Part shown: positions 43,845 to 53,094 of the stretch, in pieces
Position numbering within the stretch: the stretch's first letter is position 1
Layout of the letters: each line of letters starts with the position of its first letter
Source of the DNA: an uncultured Chloroflexia bacterium
GTDB taxonomy: Bacteria > Chloroflexota > Limnocylindria > Limnocylindrales > CSP1-4
Direction of reading: 5' to 3'
Length of the DNA: 64,000 bases
Assembly: GCA_963752475.1 (NCBI GenBank)
Contig: CAVVYR010000006.1
Span: 576,001 to 640,000 of the forward strand
Notes under the pieces: generated by a model
Databases searched by the model: none
What the model saw: the letters and a program-made list of their open reading frames with translations, nothing else
What the model was told of the DNA's origin: nothing
Made by a program: the position numbers and the translations under genes

Positions 43845-44093
43845 CTACTTGAGCTTCTCGACGACGATCTCATCGTAGCCCTCGTGATCGAAGACTCCGA
43901 CGAGCCGGTGGCCGGCCTTGTCGACCCAGGCAGGGATGTCGGTCTTGGAGCCGTTGTCGGTCGAGATGACGGCAAGGACATCACCGACCTGGCCCTCACG
44001 GATGCCACGGATGAGCTCCATCAGGGGGCCGGGGCAGAAGCTGCCGCGAGCATCGATGGTCTTGGTCGGGTTGGTTTCGAGTTCGAGGGTCAT
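43845..44093 (-). CDS. tusA: TusA family sulfurtransferase
   Basis: IDARGSFCPGPL, STDNGSKTDIPAW. Confidence 0.9.
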   Translation of the reverse strand: MTLELETNPTKTIDARGSFCPGPLMELIRGIREGQVGDVLAVISTDNGSKTDIPAWVDKAGHRLVGVFDHEGYDEIVVEKLK

Positions 44094-44154
44094 GGGTGCT
44101 TCTCCTGGAGGATTCGCACGGGACCGGGGGGAAGGCCCCGTGCGCGATCGGGGG

Positions 44155-44742
44155 CTAGATGAAAAGGGAGCCAGTATGGTCTTCGGTCATCATCTCGAGG
44201 ACGGTGGCGGCGCCCACGGGCTCGCCGAGGCCGTCGATCATGTCCTCGCGCTTGAGGCCGAACATGTCCATCGTCATCTGGCAGGGCAGGAACTCGACGC
44301 CCATCAGCTGACAGGCTTCCAGCAGCTCCTGCGGGGAGGCGACGTTGTACTGCTCGCTGAGCTTGCCGATCATCCACGGACCCATGCCCATGAAGTTCAT
44401 CTTCGACATCTTCATGTGGCTGATGCCCGGGCGCTGCATGAACGAGAGCATCTTCTGCATCGTGCCCTCACCGGTGATGCGCTTGGAGTCCTTGACGAAG
44501 GGGAGGAGGCCCCAGAAGGTCAGGAACACCTGCGCCTTGTAGCCACTGGCGGCCGCGACGCTACTCATGATGAGGGTCGGCAGGACCTTGTCGAACTCAC
44601 CGCTCCAGTTGATGATCACCAACTGACGCTGCGAGCCGGGTACGCTGCTCTCGGGCTGTGCGGCGACCGCGATGGCCTCGGTCAGCTGGGCTTCGGCGCC
44701 CTCATCGGTGGCGGCCTCCGGGGCCGCGGTCTCGGTAGTCAT
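44155..44742 (-). CDS. DsrE/DsrF/DrsH-like (DsrE2-type) sulfur relay protein
   Basis: WSGEFDK, FLTFWGL, MSKMNFMGMG, LPCQMTMDMFG. Confidence 0.88.
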   Translation of the reverse strand: MTTETAAPEAATDEGAEAQLTEAIAVAAQPESSVPGSQRQLVIINWSGEFDKVLPTLIMSSVAAASGYKAQVFLTFWGLLPFVKDSKRITGEGTMQKMLSFMQRPGISHMKMSKMNFMGMGPWMIGKLSEQYNVASPQELLEACQLMGVEFLPCQMTMDMFGLKREDMIDGLGEPVGAATVLEMMTEDHTGSLFI

Positions 44743-44771
44743 GGGTGTCCCTTTCCCTGCGTGCTCGCCGC

Positions 44772-45002
44772 TTAGGCGCGCTTGATGACGAAGCGGTAGA
44801 CGCCGTCGGCCTCGGTCTGCTCGAGGATGGCGTTGCCGGTGGAGCGGGTCCATGCGGCGAAGTCCTTGACCGACCCGGGGTCGGTGGCGAGGACCTCGAT
44901 GAGCTCGCCGGCCGGGACCGTCTTCACCGCCTGCGCGGTCTTGACGATCGGCATCGGGCAGGACAGGCCTTTGGCATCGACGGTGGTATGGACGTCACTC
45001 AT
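44772..45002 (-). CDS. tusA: TusA family sulfurtransferase
   Basis: VDAKGLSCPMPIVKT, ATDPGSVKDFAAW. Confidence 0.92.
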   Translation of the reverse strand: MSDVHTTVDAKGLSCPMPIVKTAQAVKTVPAGELIEVLATDPGSVKDFAAWTRSTGNAILEQTEADGVYRFVIKRA

Positions 45003-45052
45003 GACGGGCTCCTTGGTGTGTCGTGTCAGCGTTGTGTGAAGAGGATCGCGGG

Positions 45053-45469
45053 TTAGATGAAGAGGATCTGGCCGTCGCCCACGGCGATATAGAAGGCGGT
45101 CACGCCCTCGGTGCCATCGACCAGTTCGTCGAGGTCGTCCTCGGTGATCTTGAGCACGTCCATCGAGAGCGAGCAGGCCTGCACCTCGACGTTCCCGAGC
45201 TCCTTGGCCATGGCCAGGGTCTCGTACCAGGGGGCCTGGCCCTCCGCTTGGAGCGCATCGACCGCGGCCTTCCCCTCAACGCCGGCTTCGGCGGCGAGGC
45301 CATGGTCGTTCTTGATGCGGTCCGCGCGGAAGGCGTCCAGGCCCCAGTACTGGAGGAAGATATGGACGGGTCGACCGAGTGCCGCAGCGCCCGAGGCCAT
45401 CACGGCCGCGGCGTTGAGCTTGTCATCGGTGCCGCTGAAGAGCACGATCGCGAGGGGCTTGTCATCCAT
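45053..45469 (-). CDS. DsrE-family protein
   Basis: LFSGTDDKL, FLQYWGL, VQACSLSMDVL, C-terminal LFI. Confidence 0.85.
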   Translation of the reverse strand: MDDKPLAIVLFSGTDDKLNAAAVMASGAAALGRPVHIFLQYWGLDAFRADRIKNDHGLAAEAGVEGKAAVDALQAEGQAPWYETLAMAKELGNVEVQACSLSMDVLKITEDDLDELVDGTEGVTAFYIAVGDGQILFI

Positions 45470-45483
45470 CGTTCGTCGGTTCC

Positions 45484-45822
45484 TTATGTGGTCGCTGGTT
45501 CGGGCTTCTCGATGGCCGCGGACAGCTGGGCCAGGCGGGCGAGGCGACGGCGCATGACGTCAGCCATCGTGTCGCAGGCTCCGATGACGCCTTCGTCGGT
45601 CAGGCGGTAGAGCGAGCCTCGGCCGTCGCGGACAGCCTCGACCAGGCCGGCCGAGCGCATGACCGCGAGGTGCTTCGAGGCGTTCGGCTGGCTGATGCCG
45701 ATAGCCTCGGCCAATCGGCCGACCTCGCGCGGCTCCTCGTCGAGGAGATGCAGGATCGCGATGCGTGCCGGGTGGCTCAGCGTGCGGCAGATCTCCGCCT
45801 GGAGCTCGTAGATCGGGTCCAT
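45484..45822 (-). CDS. ArsR/SmtB family repressor with two cysteines
   Basis: EICRTLSHPARIAIL, ISQPNASKHLAVMRSAGLV, RDGRGSLYRL, GACDTM. Confidence 0.9.
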   Translation of the reverse strand: MDPIYELQAEICRTLSHPARIAILHLLDEEPREVGRLAEAIGISQPNASKHLAVMRSAGLVEAVRDGRGSLYRLTDEGVIGACDTMADVMRRRLARLAQLSAAIEKPEPATT

Positions 45823-45839
45823 GTCCACATCATCCACAT

Positions 45840-45855
45840 ATGCCCACATGCGCAT
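45840..45855. promoter_or_regulatory. candidate ArsR operator ATGC-N8-GCAT
   Basis: Inverted repeat immediately upstream of the GATGAT -10 of the leaderless arsR. Confidence 0.45.
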
Positions 45856-46006
45856 GAGTGCCGAAGGGCACGATGGCTTGGGCCGTTCTTCTACATGGTT
45901 GGAACAGGTACCGAGCGGAGGGCGGTATCCGGTTCGGGCGTCGCGCTCGGAGAACGGTATCGCGAAGGCGGTCCGGATCAACGAGGCCGCGACCGCGGCC
46001 CGAGTC

Positions 46007-46759
46007 TCAGGCGGAGGCGTCGGCCCCATCGACCGGCGCGGGGGTCGGGGCCCCGGGCCCGTCGCTCGCCTCGGGCGCGCGGGTCGGCTCAGGCGGGACG
46101 TACTCCCCAGGTGTGATGCGAATGGTCTCCACGAGCTCCGAGGCGGCGTCGAGGAAGCCACCGAACGGCACGCCAGGGAAGGCCTCGATGGCGATGACGA
46201 TGACGTCGCCGTCCACATCGAGGATGAGGAAGCGCGACTGCTGGTTGGCCATCTGGAGGAACTCGCCGCCGTCGGTCACGGGGATGGCCCAGATGAGCAC
46301 GTAGGGGAGGTTGCATTCGGCATACGTCGGAACGCCGATGTCGAGCGACAGGCCGCTGAAGCCATCGACATCGATGACGTCGGGCACGCCCGGGTTGAGG
46401 TACGGGTTGCCCGCGAGGATCTCAGCCAGACGGCTGACCGAGGGCTCGACGATGGTCATCGAACTGGGGTCGCACGAGTCAAGGAAGGCCTCGCCGTCGA
46501 AGCGGGTGAAGCTGAGCACGCTGCCCGGCGCACCGATGTACTCGAGTGTGAAGATGGGACCGTTACCCGAGGGCCCGACGATCCACATGTCGTCGGCTTC
46601 GAACTCGATGATGGGGCCCACGAAGTCGCTGCTGTAGCGTCCCGACTCGAGGATCGCGCCGGCCTCAGGCAGCTCGTCGGCGAGCGTGTCCTGGCCGAAG
46701 GTGGCCGCTGGCAGCATGAGAAGGCCGGCAGCGACAGCCAGGAGCGAGGTGCGTCGCAT
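46007..46759 (-). CDS. secreted acidic hypothetical protein
   Basis: Signal peptide MRRTSLLAVAAGLLMLPAATFG; two Cys; Pro-rich tail. Confidence 0.75.
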   Translation of the reverse strand: MRRTSLLAVAAGLLMLPAATFGQDTLADELPEAGAILESGRYSSDFVGPIIEFEADDMWIVGPSGNGPIFTLEYIGAPGSVLSFTRFDGEAFLDSCDPSSMTIVEPSVSRLAEILAGNPYLNPGVPDVIDVDGFSGLSLDIGVPTYAECNLPYVLIWAIPVTDGGEFLQMANQQSRFLILDVDGDVIVIAIEAFPGVPFGGFLDAASELVETIRITPGEYVPPEPTRAPEASDGPGAPTPAPVDGADASA

Positions 46760-46769
46760 CGTCGATGCT

Positions 46770-47564
46770 CTAGCCGGCGCTCTCGGCGGCGGCCACGATG
46801 GCAGCGTTGAGGTCATCCCAGGTGGGTGCGACGAGGAGCTCGCCATTGACCACGACGCTGGGCGTGCTACTCACGCCGTAGCTGGTCCCCAGCTCTTGTG
46901 ACTCGGTCACGGCCTCGCGCAGGGACTCGTCGTCGAGTAGTTCACGGAAGGCCTCGCGGTCGAGGCCCACGGACTCGGCGATGTCCACGTACCAGTCCCG
47001 GGTGAAGAGCCCGTCTTCGGCGTTGTGGTAGAGCACGTGGTGGTAGTCCCAGAAGGCCTCGTCGAGCTCGTCAGCGGCACGCATGGCCACCGCGGCATCG
47101 AAGGAATCCTCGCCGAAGATGATGTAGTCGTGGTACCTCAGCGAGGCCGTGCCGTCGGTCACGTGCTCGGCGATGATGAGCGGCTCCACGCGCTCGGTGA
47201 ACGTCTGGCAGTGCGGGCACTGGACGTCCTCGAAGATCTCGACCGAGACGCTGGGCGTGGCGCCATCGGCCACGAGCGTCAGCCCATCCCGCAGCTCTTC
47301 GGCAGGCGCCGGCGTGTCGGGCTCTTCGATGGCCGCGGTCTCGCTGCCCCCGAGCGCTCCGCTCATGACCAGCAGGACGGCCACGAGCACGATACCGATG
47401 GAGATCGCAGCCACGCTCACGATCGCCATCGAGGGACCAGAGCTGCCGCTGGCGGTGGCGGTGGCAGCGCTGGTCTTGCCGCTCTTGCGGGCGGAACGCT
47501 CGGCGGCTCGACGCTGCTTGCGCGTCATGTTGCCGTCGGAGGACTGCTTGTCGTTCGAGCTCAT
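46770..47564 (-). CDS. DsbA/BdbD-like membrane-anchored thiol-disulfide oxidoreductase
   Basis: Basic N-terminus, one TM, FEDVQCPHC, FWDYHHVLY, GVSSTPSVVVNG. Confidence 0.9.
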   Translation of the reverse strand: MSSNDKQSSDGNMTRKQRRAAERSARKSGKTSAATATASGSSGPSMAIVSVAAISIGIVLVAVLLVMSGALGGSETAAIEEPDTPAPAEELRDGLTLVADGATPSVSVEIFEDVQCPHCQTFTERVEPLIIAEHVTDGTASLRYHDYIIFGEDSFDAAVAMRAADELDEAFWDYHHVLYHNAEDGLFTRDWYVDIAESVGLDREAFRELLDDESLREAVTESQELGTSYGVSSTPSVVVNGELLVAPTWDDLNAAIVAAAESAG

Positions 47565-47682
47565 CGAGGGATCACCTTGCGGGGGTTCGGCCAGGAGGCC
47601 TCAGGATACGGCCGAGCGCAGGATGACGCAGAAGTGAGAGTGAAGCACTGTGTGATGGCACAGCCTGACGGCTGCGGGTCGG

Positions 47683-48117
47683 TCAGCCAGCCGCGTGTCG
47701 GTCAGGCGCTAGCACGCGTCTGGCCACGACCACGTCAGCGTGGGCGTTGGCCGCGACGTGAGCGGTCACGCTGTCCATCCAGGAGTGTCCATTACGTCCA
47801 GGGCGGTTGCCGCCGACGACGATGGTGTCGTAGCCGCGTTCGTCGGCCAGGCGCTCGATCGTCTGGGCCGGGTCTCCGGCGGGCTCGATGAGGCCGGCCT
47901 CGATGCCGAGGCGGCGCAGGACGGTCCGCGCCTCCACGAGCTCACGGGCATGCTCGACCGCCGGTTCCTTGACTCCAGCCTCGACGGCCCCGAATCCCTC
48001 GGGTACGACGCTCACGACGTCCACACGACCATCGAACGTGGTCGCCAGACGGGCGGCCATCTCGAGCGCGCGTTGCCCGGCCTCCTGTCCGTCATAGGCC
48101 ACCAGGATCTTCTTCAT
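47683..48117 (-). CDS. universal stress protein
   Basis: MKKILVAYDG, GDPAQTI, DTIVVG, SVTAHVAANAHADVVV; GGGAGG RBS. Confidence 0.9.
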   Translation of the reverse strand: MKKILVAYDGQEAGQRALEMAARLATTFDGRVDVVSVVPEGFGAVEAGVKEPAVEHARELVEARTVLRRLGIEAGLIEPAGDPAQTIERLADERGYDTIVVGGNRPGRNGHSWMDSVTAHVAANAHADVVVARRVLAPDRHAAG

Positions 48118-48232
48118 CCGGCCGTCCCTCCCAGGCGCTCGCGCGGTCATCGCGGATCGGTGTCCCGTCGATCTGCCCGCCATGGTCCTGCCGGGAGGTC
48201 ATGACGGACAGGTCCGATCCGTCACCAGCGTG

Positions 48233-48246
48233 GGGCCGAAGGTCCC
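48233..48246. promoter_or_regulatory. DosR/DevR-box-like palindrome
   Basis: GGGCC-GAAG-GTCCC versus core GGGAC-N4-GTCCC; upstream of usp. Confidence 0.55.
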
Positions 48247-48474
48247 GTTCAGCGAAGAGCCCGGAGACGAGATCACGGCGTCCCGGTCGGACCGAGACGC
48301 CGCGTCGGGCAGCAAGAGGAGGTGGCACTCGCCCGCTCCCCCCGATGGGTTGCCCCATCGCGGGCGAGCACCTTCCGTAGGTGGACGACCGGTCAAGGAG
48401 TCATCCACGAACGAACGAGATGATCGTCTCGTTCGTGATCGGAGTTGGCGATGGCCGGATGGCACATGTCGCCC

Positions 48475-48488
48475 GGGCCGATCGGCCC
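48475..48488. promoter_or_regulatory. DosR/DevR-box-like palindrome
   Basis: GGGCC-GATC-GGCCC upstream of rrf2. Confidence 0.45.
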
Positions 48489-48592
48489 ACGGCTTGTGCC
48501 AGCACATAGGTATGCGAATCGGTGCATGCGGCACCTCCGGGTATGACGTTCGGACTTCCGCAACAGGGCCTTGCCGTGCGAAACTACGAGCA

Positions 48593-49045
48593 ATGAGGTT
48601 GGAATTGACGCATCGCGGCTCCTACGCCATCCGGGCCGTGCTCACGCTGGCGCGTGCGGACAAGGGCGAAGTCGTCCCTGCTCGGCACATCGCCAAGGAG
48701 ATGGACATCCCCGTTCGGTTCCTGCCGCAGGTACTCGGGGATCTGAACCGTGCTGGCATCGTGGAGGCTCGCCTCGGTCGCGCCGGCGGCTACCGGCTGT
48801 CGAAGCCGGCTTCGGAGATCTCCCTGCTCGACATCATCCAGGCGGCTGAGGGTGACGCGCGCCGGCAGACGTGCGTCCTCTCGGGCAAGCCCTGCGACGG
48901 CAACGACCCGTGCGATGTCCACGACATGTTCTTCGAGGCCCAGGAGGCTATCCTCCAGCGGCTCGACGGCGTGTCCGTGGCAGACGTCGTGGCCGACAGC
49001 ACCAAGTCGCCTGTGCCCGTTCACGGAGCGGAAGCGAACGCCTGA
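48593..49045 (+). CDS. Rrf2 family Fe-S transcriptional regulator
   Basis: LTHRGSYAIRAV, GRAGGYRL, ISLLDII, CVLSGKPCDGNDPCDVH (three Cys plus His). Confidence 0.92.
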   Translation: MRLELTHRGSYAIRAVLTLARADKGEVVPARHIAKEMDIPVRFLPQVLGDLNRAGIVEARLGRAGGYRLSKPASEISLLDIIQAAEGDARRQTCVLSGKPCDGNDPCDVHDMFFEAQEAILQRLDGVSVADVVADSTKSPVPVHGAEANA

Positions 49046-49096
49046 GTCCCGGGAACCGGCCGGCGGGGAACCGGCCGGCGATGGGGGAGCGGAGTC

Positions 49097-49816
49097 CTAG
49101 AAGCTCGACCCCGGCTTGTGCTTGGCCACGTACGCGGCCGCCTGCGCACGCCGCTGGAGGTTCAGCTTGGAGAGGATCGACGAGACGTAGTTCTTGACCG
49201 TCTTGTCCGAGAGGTAGACCTCGGCCGCGATCTCCTTGTTCGTCTTGCCCTCCGCTACCAGCAGCAGGATCTTCTGCTCCTGGGCCGTCAGCTGCGCGAA
49301 CTCGTCGGTGTAGGCGCTGGTGGCGATGCGGCGCACGCGCTCCAGGACCTTCTCGGTCACTGCCGGATCGAGCAGTGACTCGCCTCGGCCCACGGCCTCG
49401 AGGGCGTTGACGAGATCGCGCGCACGCACCTGCTTGAGCAGATAGCCGCTGGCACCCGCGACGATGGCCGAGAGCACGGCTTCCTCGTCGGGGTAGCTGG
49501 TGAGCATGACCACGCGCACATCGGGGTACTCGGCGCGGATGTCGCGGCAGGCCTCGATGCCCGACCCGTCCGGCAGCCGCACGTCCATGATCACGAGGTC
49601 CGGCGCGAAGCGCTCGACGGCGCTGAGGGCTTCCTCGACCGTGCCTGCCTCAGCCACGACCTGGAAGGCATCGCGGCGGTTGAGCAACGCCGCCAGACCC
49701 TGCCGCACGACCTCGTGGTCGTCGACCACGAGCAGGCGCAGCTTCTTGGCCGGAGCGGCCTTGTCATCCGCGCCCGGGCTCTTGGGGATGCCCTGGGACT
49801 CGGTCGGGTCGGTCAT
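49097..49816 (-). CDS. NarL/DevR(DosR)-like response regulator
   Basis: VVDDHEVVRQG, MDVRLPDGSG, GASGYLLK, LTAQE...EGKTNKEIA...KTVKNYVSSILSKL. Confidence 0.93.
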   Translation of the reverse strand: MTDPTESQGIPKSPGADDKAAPAKKLRLLVVDDHEVVRQGLAALLNRRDAFQVVAEAGTVEEALSAVERFAPDLVIMDVRLPDGSGIEACRDIRAEYPDVRVVMLTSYPDEEAVLSAIVAGASGYLLKQVRARDLVNALEAVGRGESLLDPAVTEKVLERVRRIATSAYTDEFAQLTAQEQKILLLVAEGKTNKEIAAEVYLSDKTVKNYVSSILSKLNLQRRAQAAAYVAKHKPGSSF

Positions 49817-51063
49817 TGGCTGGACTCCTTGACTCGGCCGCGCTCTCCCCGCGGCATCTCGAAGACGACCCGGGTACCGTCGTCGTCGCTGTGGATCGTG
49901 AGCGAGCCGCCAAGTGAGTCGGCTCGGGCGTGCATGTTGGTGAGGCCGTGGTGGCCAGGACGCTGTCCTTCGCCGGTATCGAAGCCGCGACCGTCGTCGA
50001 TGATAGACAGCCGCAGCCATTCGCGACGGTCCTCGACATTGACCACCACCTTGGAAGCCTCCGCGTGGCGGGCCACGTTGCTCATCGCTTCACGCGTGAG
50101 CTGCACCAGCTGGAGGGTCTCGTCCGGATCGAGTGGCACGTCCGGATCGCTCGACAGCTCGACTTCGATGAGCGTGCTGCGCTCGAACTCGTCGGTCAGG
50201 GCAGCCAGGCCCGAGAGCAGGTCGACGGCCGTGCGGGCGTCAGGGTCAAGGCCCATGATGAAGTCGCGGATCTCCTGGATGGTGCCGTGGATCTGGTCGA
50301 TGGCATGGTCGATGCGCTCGGCCGCCTGGTCGCGATCGCTGGCCATCAGCTCTTCGGTGTCCTCGAGGGCGAGGCTGACCGCGTAGAGCGATTGGATGGA
50401 GCCGTCGTGCAGGTCCTGCGCGATCCGCTCGCGCTCCTGCAGCACCGCCAGCTGGCGCAGCTCCTCGTGCATGCGTGCGTTGTGGATGGCCAGGCCGGCG
50501 TGGCGGGCGAAGGACTCGACCAGGCGCTCGTCGTCCTCGCTGAAGGGCTGATCATCGAGGCGGTCGCTGAGATAGAGGTTGCCGATGGCCCGGCCCTCGA
50601 CCTTGACCGGCACGCTCAGGAGCGTCGTCATCGGTGGATGTTCGGCCGGGAAGCCGGCGCTGCGTGGATCGGCTGCGATGTCGTCACTGCGGACGGTGTC
50701 GTTGTCGCGAAGGCTGATACCCAGCAGCCCCTTGCCCCGAGGTGGATGAGCAACGGCTGCGCGGCGCTGCTCGCTCAGGCCGCTGGTGATGAATCGCTCC
50801 ATCGAGCCGTGGTCGTCGGGGATCCCCAGCGCCGCGTAGCGGGTGCCGACGAGCGGGCGCACGCTGTCGACGATGATCTGCAGCACGCGCTCGAGGCCCA
50901 GTTCCTGCGAGATGGCCACGGTGGCCGCGTCAAGCGCCTCGAGGCGGCGGCGGGCCTCGTTGGCCGCGGCGGCCCAGTCCTCGGCCTCTCGGATCGCTGC
51001 GGCAAACTGTTCTGTGGTCGGGGTGTCCCCGGCGCTGCTCGCGGTGGCAGTAGCTCGTTCCAT
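49813..51063 (-). CDS. GAF-domain histidine kinase (DevS/DosT-like)
   Basis: GAF with GFPAEHPPM, GNLYL, ERERIAQDLHDG (HisKA_3), EAMSNVARHA, DDGRGF, GLTNM. Confidence 0.92.
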   Translation of the reverse strand: MERATATASSAGDTPTTEQFAAAIREAEDWAAAANEARRRLEALDAATVAISQELGLERVLQIIVDSVRPLVGTRYAALGIPDDHGSMERFITSGLSEQRRAAVAHPPRGKGLLGISLRDNDTVRSDDIAADPRSAGFPAEHPPMTTLLSVPVKVEGRAIGNLYLSDRLDDQPFSEDDERLVESFARHAGLAIHNARMHEELRQLAVLQERERIAQDLHDGSIQSLYAVSLALEDTEELMASDRDQAAERIDHAIDQIHGTIQEIRDFIMGLDPDARTAVDLLSGLAALTDEFERSTLIEVELSSDPDVPLDPDETLQLVQLTREAMSNVARHAEASKVVVNVEDRREWLRLSIIDDGRGFDTGEGQRPGHHGLTNMHARADSLGGSLTIHSDDDGTRVVFEMPRGERGRVKESSQ

Positions 51064-51086
51064 CAGGCCCAATCTACCAGTCTGAC

Positions 51087-51122
51087 GTGACCAATGGCCC
51101 CCTCCGCGTGTCCTGACGGCCC
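51087..51122. promoter_or_regulatory. tandem DosR-box-like sites between divergent kinase and multicopper oxidase genes
   Basis: GTGAC-CAAT-GGCCC (51087) and TGTCC-TGAC-GGCCC (51109), 22 bp apart. Confidence 0.45.
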
Positions 51123-51157
51123 TGAAATCGCTCAGCGACCCGGTTACTCTTTCCGCC

Positions 51158-52489
51158 ATGGACGCGAAGGCTCAATCCCCCCTGTCCGACGAAGTCAACC
51201 CCACCGAAGACGCGATCGATGGTGCCATCGCGTCAGTGGCCGCCGAGGAGGCGGCGGCCGACCCCGACCGGATGGTGCCGGTCTCGCTCGGTGTAACCAG
51301 CCGGCGCGGCTTCCTGCGCGGTGCGCTCGCCGTGGCCGGCGGTACCGCGGCAGCAGCGGCCCTCGCGGCCTGCGCGCCGGCCAGCGGTAGCGCCTGGTCC
51401 TATGCACCGCTACGCACCCTGACGGCCGCAGCCGAGGGCAGTGAGAGCGCTCCGGCGGAGGGCGAGGGCGAGGCCGCGACAGAGACGACCGAACCCATGA
51501 CCGAGGAGCAGGCAGGATCCAGCGAGCCGATGCCCGCGGGCTGGACGGAGCACGACATGGCCGCGCGCGAGAAGGTGCGCCGTTTCGTGGGCAACCTGTC
51601 CGCCACGTTGGGCATGGCCGAGATCATCGGCGAGCCGGAGTACGACCCGGAGTTCACGACCGTCGATCATGGCAACCAGCCGCTCGAGCCGACCATCGAT
51701 GGAGACTGGAAGCAGTTCGACCTGACGGTCGACCAGATGGACTGGCAGATCGACGCCATGAAGGAGCCGGTCAAGGCACTCGGCTACAACGCCATGTGGC
51801 CCGGTCCGGCGCTGCGCGTGACCGAGGGTGACAAGGTCCGTATCAACGTCACCAACAACCTCGACGAGACCACCGGCGTGCACATGCACGGCATCGAGTT
51901 CGACAACTGGTACATGGACGGCATCCCGTTCCTGACCCAGTCGCCGATCATCCCGGGTGACACGTTCAGCTACGAATTCGTGGCCACGCCACACGGCTCA
52001 CACATGTACCACTCCCACCACAACGCTACCGACCAAGTCGGTCGCGGCCTGCTGGGCGCGCTCATCGTCGACCCCAAGGACGCCGCCGAGCGGTACGACC
52101 AGAAGTACGGCGTGACGCAGGAGTACATCTTCATCCACAACGATTCGCTGGGTGGTTTCACCATCAATGGCAAGGGCTTCCCGGCCACCGTGCCGATCAT
52201 CGCCAAGAAGGGCGAGCGCGTGCTCATCCGCTACCAGAACGAGGGCGTGATGATGCACCCGTGGCATACGCATGGCTTCCGCCAGCATGTGGTCGCTCGC
52301 GACGGTGCCCAACTGGGCAGCGCCAGCTTCTATTGCGACACACTTGGCGTGAACCCGGGAGAGCGCTTCGACACCATCGTCGAGTGCGATCGCGTGGGTG
52401 TGTGGGCGCTCCACTGCCACATCCTTCCGCACGTCGAAGGCCTCGATGGAATGTTCGGCATGGTCACGGCGCTCGTCGTCACCGAATAG
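51158..52489 (+). CDS. Tat-exported lipoprotein, two-domain multicopper oxidase
   Basis: TSRRGFL Tat motif, LAAC lipobox; HMHG, MYHSHH, HPWHTHG, HCHILPH...M copper motifs. Confidence 0.9.
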   Translation: MDAKAQSPLSDEVNPTEDAIDGAIASVAAEEAAADPDRMVPVSLGVTSRRGFLRGALAVAGGTAAAAALAACAPASGSAWSYAPLRTLTAAAEGSESAPAEGEGEAATETTEPMTEEQAGSSEPMPAGWTEHDMAAREKVRRFVGNLSATLGMAEIIGEPEYDPEFTTVDHGNQPLEPTIDGDWKQFDLTVDQMDWQIDAMKEPVKALGYNAMWPGPALRVTEGDKVRINVTNNLDETTGVHMHGIEFDNWYMDGIPFLTQSPIIPGDTFSYEFVATPHGSHMYHSHHNATDQVGRGLLGALIVDPKDAAERYDQKYGVTQEYIFIHNDSLGGFTINGKGFPATVPIIAKKGERVLIRYQNEGVMMHPWHTHGFRQHVVARDGAQLGSASFYCDTLGVNPGERFDTIVECDRVGVWALHCHILPHVEGLDGMFGMVTALVVTE

Positions 52490-52578
52490 GCAGGCGGCCC
52501 TCGCAGGGCAGGCCTGTGTGACCCCAGAAAGGGTCCATGCGTCCCTACGCGTAACCCTCGGTGGGGCCCGAGGCTCAT

Positions 52579-53031
52579 ATGACGATGCGTCCGATCCGTA
52601 CGATCCTGCTTGCCACCGACCTCACCGCGGCTTCGCGGGAGGCGACCGACCGTGCCATCGACTTGGCTGCCCGACTCGAGGCGCGTCTGCTGATCGTGAA
52701 CGTGCTCGAGAAGCGTCGTCTCTCTGGTGGCGGCTCGCATGAGCGTGTGGACCAGGCCCGAAGCGAGCGTGAGTCCCTGCTGGTCAAGGTCGTGCGCGGA
52801 GCGCGAGATGCCGGTGTCACCGCCGAGTTCCTGGTGTGGGATGGTGAACCTGGCGACTCCATCGCCGCCGCCGCGGAGGCCGAGCATGCCGATCTGGTGG
52901 TGGTCGGGACGCGTGGCCGCAGCGGTGCGGAGCGGATGTTCCTCGGCTCGGTCTCCGATCATGTGGTGCGGCATGCCGAGTGTCCGGTGCTCGTGGTGCG
53001 ACCGTCGAAGCGACCCGCCGAGGTCGCCTGA
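52579..53031 (+). CDS. universal stress protein
   Basis: ILLATDL, GEPGDSI, DLVVVGTRGRSG..RMFLGSVSDHVVRHAECPVLVVR. Confidence 0.94.
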   Translation: MTMRPIRTILLATDLTAASREATDRAIDLAARLEARLLIVNVLEKRRLSGGGSHERVDQARSERESLLVKVVRGARDAGVTAEFLVWDGEPGDSIAAAAEAEHADLVVVGTRGRSGAERMFLGSVSDHVVRHAECPVLVVRPSKRPAEVA

Positions 53032-53094
53032 GGGTCCCTCGGAACGGGCCCTGGCTCACAGACGGATCCAGCTGAGGAGCGCTAGCGTGTGCCC

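Noticed and set aside
49051-49080. 15-bp tandem repeat GGGAACCGGCCGGCG x2
   Set aside because: Simple local duplication between convergent genes, with no further evidence of function
51158-52489. Copper nitrite reductase NirK
   Set aside because: Domain 1 lacks the YHC type-1 Cys; ligand layout fits a two-domain laccase
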